A stretch of DNA of 64,000 nucleotides from Octopus sinensis (Eukaryota). Each line of letters begins with the position of its first letter. Positions within the stretch are counted from its first letter, which is position 1. The stretch covers positions 15,934,001-15,998,000 of the forward strand of contig NC_043015.1 of NCBI RefSeq assembly GCF_006345805.1, in the 5' to 3' direction. A program made the position numbers and the translations under genes. The notes beneath the pieces are model-generated. The model was not told where the DNA came from. It saw only the letters and a list, made by a program, of their open reading frames with translations, and ran no database searches. This document shows, one piece after another, positions 1 to 8,977 of the stretch.

Positions 1-267
1 AGACAAAAGTTAATAACATCAATTTAACTTTTTATTCTTTATTCCAATTTCTTATTGCTTTTAACATATTCTTTAAAAAAACAACAAAATCATTTTTGGT
101 AATCAATGATACAGCCCAGTGTCAATTAATATAATAATATTAATAGATACAGGATTGGCTTTGATTTTGCTGGATCTTTTAAGAATATGTAAAGAGAAGT
201 AAGATATGGGAATGATGAATAAAAGGTTAAACTGGTGCTATCTATTTTGTCTTCGCCATATATATAT

Positions 268-333
268 TCTTCTATTTGCTTCAGTCCTTTGACTGCGGCC
301 ATGCTGGAGCACCGCCTTTAGTCGAACAGGATC
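268..333 (-). mobile_element. SINE 3' tail fragment (CR1-type tail)
   Basis: Reverse complement reads CTAAAGGCGGTGCTCCAGCATGGCCGCAGTCAAAGGACTGAAGC, the same tail as at 54498-54547 and related to the LINE 3' ends at 58704-58745. Confidence 0.8.
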
Positions 334-481
334 TTTGTGGTTTTCGTCACTGTTTGCAATTTTATTCCAATTGTTTTAAAATTTGGTATATGGATTAATT
401 TTTGTATACTAATTATGAAAATTTCGTTTTTGGATTTGGTTTGCAAGATTCTTTATGTGAGTCCCCGTGTTGAAGCATATT

Positions 482-706
482 CTGTTGTGTCTGGGGAGAG
501 TCATTCTCTTTTGGTGCCTTATAATTTAACACACACACCGGTAAAATTTCCACTTATTTCGGGCAGATTCAACGACTATTGAAAAGGTTGCAAGACGCAA
601 CGAAAATTTTAGAAAAGTAAAAATAGAAAAAAAGTGGAAATTTTACCGGTGAGTGTGTTAAATTATAAGGCACAAAAAAGAAAATGACTCTCCCCAGACA
701 CAACAG
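482..706. mobile_element. Fold-back element with ~74 bp inverted arms; probable Penelope-like inverted pLTR remnant
   Basis: 482-555 (CTGTTGTGTCTGGGGAGAGTCATT...AAAATTTCCACTT) is the reverse complement of 632-706 with few mismatches. The spacer holds an HHR-like core at 579-612. Confidence 0.6.
576..612 (+). ncRNA. Minimal hammerhead-like motif, U3-A8 core variant
   Basis: CTA-TTGAAAA-G-GTTGC(aagac)GCAAC-GAA-AATT-T-TAG: 5 bp stem II, palindromic AATT stem III, 3 bp stem I. Confidence 0.45.
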
Positions 707-752
707 TATATTATATATATATATATATATATCTGTACATATATATTTATAC

Positions 753-791
<39 letters not shown>

Positions 792-792
792 C

Positions 793-831
<39 letters not shown>

Positions 832-832
832 C

Positions 833-873
<41 letters not shown>

Positions 874-939
874 CATATACATATATATATATATATATAT
901 ATATTTATACATATACATATATATATTATATATATATAT

Positions 940-971
<32 letters not shown>

Positions 972-1151
972 GTACATATATATTTATACATATACATATA
1001 TATATGTACATATATATTTATACATATACATATATATATATATGTACATATATATTTATACATATACATATAATATATATATGTACATATATATTATACA
1101 TATACATATATAATATATATATGTACATATATATTTATACATATACATATA

Positions 1152-1194
<43 letters not shown>

Positions 1195-1220
1195 TATATA
1201 TTTATACATATACATATATA

Positions 1221-1252
<32 letters not shown>

Positions 1253-1349
1253 TTATACATATATATATATACATATATATATATACATATATATATATGT
1301 ACATAATATTTATACATATACTATATATATATATATATTATACATATAC

Positions 1350-1381
<32 letters not shown>

Positions 1382-1478
1382 GTACATATATATTTATGCA
1401 TATATATATATATAATATTTATACATATATATATATATATGTACATATATATTTATACATATACATATATATACTTTT

Positions 1479-1533
<55 letters not shown>
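707..1533. repeat. Compound (TA)n/(TACA)n microsatellite
   Basis: Near-continuous alternating TA with interspersed CA, TTT and TGTACA units. Confidence 0.98.
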
Positions 1534-1536
<3 letters not shown>

Positions 1537-1668
1537 CTCATTTTTGTTTATCGCTCGAAATTGACCGTTATTTGAAAGGACCAATGAAACAAGTCCATTT
1601 TTAAAGATGTAGCGTTTATACTAGTCTTGATAGAATTGACATATCGGTTTTATTCGAGCAAAAACTGT

Positions 1669-1697
1669 CCGACGAACGGGAACGTGAAACAGTTGTT
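1669..1697 (+). ncRNA. Degenerate minimal hammerhead-like motif
   Basis: CCGACGA-ACG(GGAA)CGT-GAA-ACAGTTGT-T; U4 is C, stem III is one substitution from the palindrome ACAGCTGT, stem I is not formed. Confidence 0.4.
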
Positions 1698-1725
1698 GAA
1701 TTTTCTGCTGCTTTTGAATAAAGTG

Positions 1726-1785
<60 letters not shown>

Positions 1786-2290
1786 TTATATTATATTATA
1801 GTGTATTATATTATACTATATTATATTCTATTTGTTAAATTTACAGAGAAACAAAAGATGAAGACAGGTGTATCAACAACAACTGGGTGTATATACTTAT
1901 ACACATATAGTATTTATTCAGTCCTACGGTGACGAAATTTAAGCTGACGATAACGAAATTGATGACAACGTAATCGCGACTGACTATAACAAAATTGCGT
2001 CTAACAATGATCAATTTGAGAATGCTGTTGACAAGGTTGAAACTGATAATGTTGAAACTGGGGAGGAATCTCTTTAATATCGTTATGCCTTTGGGCAACT
2101 AAGCCTGACGTTAAAACTTCTGAACAATCGAAAAAAGTGCCGAAATCCTGTCCTTTCTACAATACGTAAAAAAAGCTTTTCATCTTACTCCGCTTATTAG
2201 TAAGCTTCTGAAAGATTGATTTTCTACTGTCTAGTTGTGGGGGACAAACACAAAGACGCGCGCTTTTCTTTGTTTCCCTCTCCCAAATCT

Positions 2291-2421
2291 ACTCACTAGG
2301 TTCTGGTCAGCCAGAGGTTATAGCTCTAATAGAAGACAGTTACCCAAGATGTCACGCAGTGGAACTGAACACAGAACTATGTGGCTGGGAAGCAAACTTA
2401 TTACTACAGACCCACGCCTGC
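2291..2421 (-). mobile_element. tRNA-derived SINE, 5' part (diverged)
   Basis: Reverse complement matches the SINE head at 15128-15230 (GTAAGAAGCTTGCTTCC..CCACAT..GTTCAGT.CCACTGCGTG). Confidence 0.75.
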
Positions 2422-4369
2422 ATGGCAGCAGTCTAATGACTGAAACAAAGACGATAAAGATACTCACATACATATAATATATACCATTGCATTTTAGTGT
2501 AAGTGGTTGAGTACACCACAGACTCCATCCAATACCTAGAAAAACATAATCGTCCATACTGTGACAACACTGAAAATTTGAACTGCAGGGTCATTTTACC
2601 TGATGGGATTCCACAGAGAGTCGTCAATCCAAAATTATGGAGCTGGATACGTAACCTTCTAATTGAGGAGCGAAATTGTCAACCATTCTGCCACGCCTGT
2701 GTTTGTACTTGGATATTCTTCAGTCATACACACATACACCCACTACTTTGTAATGAACATGATGTTGGGATTTTAAATATGAAATTATTATTGGGGTTCA
2801 TTACTATTATTTCTTGTAGATAAATGCTTAGTGTTCCTATATGAATGTCTCACACCAGACAATATGAAAACAAGTAGACTCTTTGATATTTAGAAAGCTT
2901 TAGTGTTGGGTGAAATATACGAATTACAACAGACATTTGACTTTATGATATTGCTAGCAGAAAGTCACTAACGACCAATTTACATTAGTATAAAGAGCAC
3001 ACCGCTAAACAAACACTTAAAATGTTTTATGTTAAGGTTTGTTGTATGATAATTATTTTTGGACGATAATATTAAGACAAAATTGCACTATTTTACCTTT
3101 CAATTCAGTTACACTATATATTCACTAGATATTTCAATTCATGACTCAGAGTTTACTGATTAATAAAAATAAAATCCATTGAGCGTTGCACCTATAGATC
3201 CCTTTGGTTGTGAACGATTTGGCTTTTGTTTAATTTTCAGTTCTTTGAATTTGTGGTGTTTGGTTGTTTACCTCTGATATTATCACTGAACAAACATAGG
3301 CACGATCAAAAGCATTTCATCTATGACCATCACATATGTCTTTTTGACTCAATTCATTAAGGACAACATTATTCATTGTGAACTTCTTCATTAATAGAAT
3401 AGGAATTTATTTATAGGGGATTTGGTTGTTATTTCTAACAGCTCGAGCGACTTTATAGACTCCCATTTTAAACAGTGAAATTTATTAATGTATCAGGATC
3501 TAATCCGTGTAGGATTCATATAAGTGATACTAATTTAGTTTTCACAGACAATAACATTTCAACTCATGTCTTACGTATAATAGCAGGCGTATAATTCTCG
3601 TGTAACTCATGCATAACCAGATGTAAAACTGTTTTATGCTTTACGAGCTTTCATGTCCTCTGCTTTTACGAGAGTAAACAAATATTGTAATGGTCATACG
3701 TTTATTTGCTGACACGAAGTGAAATGGGCTGTTAACAATCGAACTCGGACTGCAAAATTTAACTCTTGCACTACAGAGTTCCAGAATGTAATGCGTTACA
3801 TTTGATAGATACAATTCTTCCCAAGTCGAGGTTGTATACGCTGGCCAGGACTAATCACCCGAACAGAGGTGCAACCTAACCAACCGACAATTGACCAGGG
3901 TGAGGAAACATATCTACAACCAGCATAGATAGCCTTGCAATGATGGTATGCTGCAGCTTCATTCAGTATAGCAGCGAAAACTGCTGGATGGAATGGAATC
4001 ATGAACCATTTATTTTCTATTATTGTTCAAAATCAGAAGCCAAATTAAATGAACTGGGAGTGGTTTTCACAACAAAATATTAAGCTAGAGAATTAATAGT
4101 GATTAGTTAGTGTAACTGAATTGTTATCCTAGAAGTTCGACCTAATTTGAGTAAATTATAAACACAGCGCAGATTTTTCAGAAAATTGCTTTACCCTTTC
4201 GTTTAGCTTTCGAAATAGTTACAGAAGGAATATGATCTTACATAACAGAAATTTGGATGCGATTAGCACTAATATTAACCTCACAATTACATAAATATAT
4301 ACATGGAACATATACAATTGAATTAGAGCACAGAATTGTGATTTTGGTCCCAAAAAGAAAACTTTTATC

Positions 4370-5172
4370 GGATCTTTTCATTTTGAACGGCACTTTTCAA
4401 CACAATTTCTAGCTAACTAAACACTTTTAAACTTCGTATACTGGTAGAATGTGTTTATAAAACATCACTTTTTCTTGACTTTATTGAGAAAATTCTATAG
4501 TTTGTAAGATATTTCGTCTGAAATTTCGAGCATTTCGGCAATTTTAACCAATCGCTGGAGTCCATTTAGGTAAACAGCATTCCGTGCTGTATGAATATGT
4601 CCCTCCTTTAAGAAACATATTGGGTTTAATTACATTTGTGAAGAAAAAAGATACCCTTCCCCCACCCCTAACCCTAATTCTCACCCTAAATCTAAAATAG
4701 ATTGAAATGCAATAGATCGATACTAGGGCCATAATTATGGGTGACAATTTCATACGACACCGCTACGGAAAATGGGATTTTTTTCTAGCGGTGTCAAATG
4801 AAAATGTCACCCATAATTATGGCCCTAGTATCGATCTATTGCATTTCAATCTATTTTAGATTTAGGGTTAGGGATAGGGGAAGGGTATCTTTTTTTTTCT
4901 TCACAAATGTAAATAAACCCAATCTGTTTCTTAAAGGAGGGACATATTCATTATGCACAGAATGTTATTTACGTCAACGGAGGTAATTGATTGGTTAAAA
5001 TTGCCGAAATGCAAGAAATTTCAGATGAAATATGTTACAACCTATAGAATTTTCTCAATAAAGCCAAGAGAAAATGATGTTTTATAAACACATTCTACTA
5101 GTATACGAAGTTTAAAACTTTTTAGTTACCTAGAAATTATGTTACAAAGTGCCGTTCAAAAGGAAAAGATCC
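4370..5172. mobile_element. ~800 bp fold-back/MITE-like element with ~395 bp inverted arms
   Basis: 4370-4765 (GGATCTTTTC..TTTGAACGGCAC...GACACCGCTA) is the reverse complement of 4786-5172 (TAGCGGTGTC...GTGCCGTTCAAA..GAAAAGATCC); 20 nt spacer; internal CCCTAA/TTAGGG repeats. Confidence 0.9.
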
Positions 5173-5493
5173 AGATATTGTGTTATTTATCAATAAAAAC
5201 AGAACGCATATTACTTTGTACGACAGATATTTTCTTATGTTATAGTTTGTGATTAGGTTATGTCATTTGCATCGAGATCTATCGATGCGTCTAATTCTCG
5301 GCACAACTCTATAAGCTGTGACATCAAAGACGTCTACAGTCAATTGACAACAGTATGTTTATTTCCGCATTTTAGACTGGAGAGAACAATGTTAATAACT
5401 TTTATTACATTATCTTCTTTGTCCCAGACTAAGTGATTGATGTCGTAGATTCTTTGCTTCAATTTTCTGGGAGCTCTTCATATATTATATATC

Positions 5494-5643
5494 TCATTAT
5501 CATCATCATCGTTTAACGTCCGCTTTTCATGCTTGCATGGGTTGGATGATTTGACTGAGGTCTGGCGAACCAGATGACTGCACCAGACTTCAATCCGATC
5601 TGGCAGAGTTTCAACAGCTGGATGCCCTTCCTAACGCCAACTA

Positions 5644-5646
<3 letters not shown>
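5494..5646 (-). mobile_element. SINE 3' part with (GAT)n tail
   Basis: Reverse complement ends AACCCATGCAAGCATGAAAAGCGGACGTTAAACGATGATGATG, the same family as 18660-18898. Confidence 0.85.
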
Positions 5647-5698
<52 letters not shown>

Positions 5699-5984
5699 CC
5701 ACCCAGCGAACTTCCACCATGGGTCATCACAATTGCTTAAGGTAAAAATGAATTCCTCGCTCTTTCGGAAACATCAATCTTCTGTATTGACCGCTTTCCA
5801 CCACTTTGATCTGTTTTTTGTATTGAATACGTATCGCCACCGTGGGCCACTGCATCGAACACTTTGAACATATACTTCAAACTATATATCAACTATACAT
5901 GAATTATATATCAACTATACATGAACTCTAAGATGTCTGACTCCGTTGTGTATTATAAATGAATTTCTTGTGTTTGACGGCATG

Positions 5985-6110
5985 AGCTGTCTCTTTTTAT
6001 ATATAACTTTTTTTGATAAGGTTCATTTCAGGAACTGAAACATGTTATAATGTATATATAAAAATTAAAAATTGTATAATACAGCAGCATTTTCGAACTT
6101 CATTTTTTAC
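5985..6110 (+). mobile_element. Repeat family shared with 51440-51570, carrying a U3-A8 hammerhead-like core (6013-6046)
   Basis: Both copies keep TTGATAAGGTT...AACTGAAACATGT and a downstream GCATTTTC.AACTTC.TTTTT. Confidence 0.6.
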
Positions 6111-6112
6111 AA

Positions 6113-6143
<31 letters not shown>

Positions 6144-6199
6144 ATATATGTATGTATGTGTATATATATACATACACACACACACGCGCATATATATAC

Positions 6200-6252
<53 letters not shown>

Positions 6253-6281
6253 AACATATATACATACATACATATATATAC

Positions 6282-6312
<31 letters not shown>

Positions 6313-6376
6313 CATAATACATATAAATATAACCCATGCTAGCATGGAAAACGGACGCTAAACGATGATGATGATG

Positions 6377-6458
<82 letters not shown>

Positions 6459-6629
6459 CATGCATATAAATATATATATACAAATATAAAAATATATATA
6501 TATATACATATATATACATGCATACATATATATATACATGCATACATATATATACATGCATACATATATATATATATACATGCATACATATATATATATA
6601 CATGCATACATATATATATACATGCATAC

Positions 6630-6660
<31 letters not shown>

Positions 6661-6690
6661 CATCACTCACAAACATATATATATATATAT
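6110..6690. repeat. Compound TA/CA microsatellite containing a short SINE tail (6331-6378)
   Basis: TA/TACA/TGCATACA units; AACCCATGCTAGCATGGAAAACGGACGCTAAACGATGATG is embedded. Confidence 0.95.
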
Positions 6691-6893
6691 AAAGATAGAT
6701 ATGGCCAGTCCATGAGGTTACCCTGGGTTTCAGGTCCAGAAAGCACTTAGCTTTACTGCATCTCTCTCTCTCTCTAGCAAGTGGTCTCTCAAGAAGAAAA
6801 AACAAAAAAACGCTGAAGAAACACTGTAAAGCTAAGTGCTTTATGGGCGTGAAACCCAGGGTAACCTCATAGACCGGCCATATCTATCTTTAT
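6689..6893. mobile_element. Fold-back mini-element (~68 bp arms) with hammerhead core at 6813-6863
   Basis: 6689-6756 is the reverse complement of 6826-6893. Core is CTGAAGA...GAA-ACCCAGGGT-A with a stem II hairpin GTAAAGC/GCTTTAT. Confidence 0.65.
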
Positions 6894-6995
6894 CTACATA
6901 CTATACTGCTCTACAACTTAGAGTGCGCTTCTTTTTCGGATTTATGATTTACCGACGATATATATATATATGCAAATAAGTAACAAGGATGTCAA

Positions 6996-7202
6996 GGTAT
7001 TAGTGCATTATGGCCGTTTCAGCCAGCTCTATTTAATAAAACAATGCAAGAATTATATAAATTTGAAATACACCGCCATCTTCGTAATCATAATATGGGT
7101 TTTATTATGCATCTGAAGATGGCGGTGTATTTCAAATTGATGTAATGCTCGCCTTGTTCGATTAAATGGAGCCACCTGAAATGGCCATAATGCGCTAATA
7201 CC
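6996..7202. mobile_element. Fold-back mini-element (~88 bp arms) containing a minimal hammerhead
   Basis: 6996-7083 (GGTATTAGTGCATTATGGCCGTTTCAG...CACCGCCATCTTC) is the imperfect reverse complement of 7115-7202. Confidence 0.75.
7108..7194 (+). ncRNA. Minimal type I hammerhead ribozyme candidate (Penelope-like)
   Basis: Stem I UGCAU(7108-12)/AUGCG(7190-94); CUGAAGA 7113-19; stem II closed by GGCGG/CCACC; GAAA 7178-81; palindromic stem III AUGGCCAU; predicted cleavage after A7189. Confidence 0.65.
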
Positions 7203-7392
7203 TATTTCTTTACTACCCACAAGGGGCTAAACACAGAGGGGACAAACAAGGACAGACAAACGGATTAAGTCGATTATATCGACCCCAGTGCGTAACTGGT
7301 ACTTATTTAATCGACCCCCGAAAGGATGAAAGGCAAAGTCGACCTCAGCGGAATTTGAACTCAGAACGTAGCGGCAGACGAAATACCGCAAA
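7203..7392 (-). mobile_element. tRNA-derived SINE with conserved central domain
   Basis: Reverse complement contains GTTCAAATTCCGCTGAGGTCGACTTTGCCTTTCATCCTTTCGGGGGTCGATTAAATAAGTACCAG (B-box plus core); homologous to 7985-8115, 19440-19578, 37500-37725, 44690-44865 and 48205-48400. Confidence 0.85.
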
Positions 7393-7693
7393 TCTTTACT
7401 CTTACTCTTTGATATAGACACTACATTTACGGTAATAAATCATAGAATCATTTTTCAATGACAGACATATATTTAGATAAATTCGCTAGTTATCGTAAGA
7501 GGCCACACATACAGTTATCGTCCACATATACGTTCATTAAGTTCCGTTACTTAAAACACGACCATTTCAAGGCTCAGTAGATCACTTGATCATTTATTCA
7601 TGGGCATTTACAGTCTAATTTAGATCCACTCAACGTGACTGTCTTGATAATCAAACCTGAAAAACTTAAACAAATGTGGGTTTCTTTTAAACT

Positions 7694-7894
7694 AAACTGG
7701 ATCTCTTCTTGTCGGGGGTCCCAGATGAACCTACCTCACGACAGGAGACACAGATGCGGGCAGCGGCATCGAACTCCCTTTTTGATCAAGTACCACGTAT
7801 CAGAGGTGGATTCACATATTAGTGTAGCTCATTCAGCGGTGGTGCCCCAGCATGGCTGCGGCCTTCGGGCTAAAACACTTTTAAGGATTTAAGG
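7694..7894 (+). mobile_element. CR1-clade LINE 3' end fragment (sister subfamily)
   Basis: Translates KLDLFLSGVPDEPTSRQETQMRAAASNSL, versus KLDLFLSGVPDEPTSRQEGQMRAAASNSL in ORF 62080-62886; ends GGTGCCCCAGCATGGC...TTAAGGATTTAAGG. Confidence 0.9.
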
Positions 7895-7984
7895 AAATCA
7901 CCAAACATTTGAATTCGAAGATGTCGCTAGTGATGATGACGAGGAGGAAAGGAATTTTTTTGAAATTTTGTTCTTTCAGTCTCC

Positions 7985-8115
7985 CTAATTTGGGGCACAA
8001 GGCTGGCAACTAGTACTTATTTTATCGGCCTGCAAAGTCGACCTCGGTGGCATTTAAATTCAAAACGTAAAACCAAAAGAAAATATTGCTAAGTATTTTG
8101 TCCGGCTTGCTAACA
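7985..8115 (-). mobile_element. Diverged copy of the core-domain SINE
   Basis: CAAAGTCGACCTCGGTGGCATTTAAATTCAAAACGTAA matches 7335-7370. Confidence 0.7.
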
Positions 8116-8559
8116 AACTAGTTACGTGAAGCTGCAATGTTGCAATATATTGAAAGGTAGGAGGCTACGCCTGGTGTTAACAAGCTCTTTATGATCTGTA
8201 AAATATATGTTCATATCTTCCATAATCATAGTTATCAGTAATTTAGTGTTAGCAGAAGACATTTATTTCTGTCGATTATTTTTTACGCATTACAAGATCT
8301 GTTGCAACAACTGGGGTCAAAATTCTTAGTTTATTTCTTTTCCAATTGAGATTATATTCTTTATAACTCAGCCCAGAAATTTCTTGTTTTAGTATTAATT
8401 TTTAACAAAGCTTCTTTACAGAAAAAAAAAAAAAAAACTTGATAAATTAGAGATCGTTTTCATGTATATGCTCTAAATATGCAGATGTCGGGATTTCATT
8501 TTAATTTACATCATTCGAATGTTGATATCAATGAGGAACTGGTTATCGAGATAACGTTT

Positions 8560-8977
8560 TTCGAAGTTGATGATGGGGGGGGGGGGGGTAGTAGTAGTAG
8601 TAGTAGTAGTGCGGAGGAGGTGGGGTGTTACGGTTTGCCAGGACAACGACATTTATGATAAAGTATCTAGATTCTGTATTTTTCACATTAAATGAAGTGA
8701 AAATATGTGAGAAAGCTGTGCAGATTAGTCATCTAAAAAGACAGACAAGAAAAGAAAAAGAAAACAGAAGGGCTCTTGCAAGTGTGAACAGACACTATTT
8801 TGGTTCTAGAATTTACGAAGCTGGCTTTAACCATCGCTACTATTCGCCCGCCTGCCACTGTTGGTATAATGAGGAGGAGGTTTAACTATAAGGTAGGGTC
8901 AGCGCCCACCCACGCCCACTGGCAAGCAGACTGCTTCTCTTGAAGAATGCAGAGCCAGCTGGATTTCATCTAAATAG
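8560..8977 (+). promoter_or_regulatory. Candidate promoter / non-coding first exon
   Basis: G-run and (TAG)n at 8575-8610, Sp/KLF-like boxes GCGCCCACCCACGCCCAC at ~8902-8919, possible donor AG|GTAACA at 8977/8978; CpG-rich upstream and CpG-poor downstream. Not confirmed by any coding exon. Confidence 0.3.

Noticed and set aside
5895-5925. Short tandem TATATATCAACTATACATGAA x2
   Set aside because: Simple local duplication; not CRISPR-like (eukaryotic DNA, no spacers). No CRISPR array was seen anywhere in the window.
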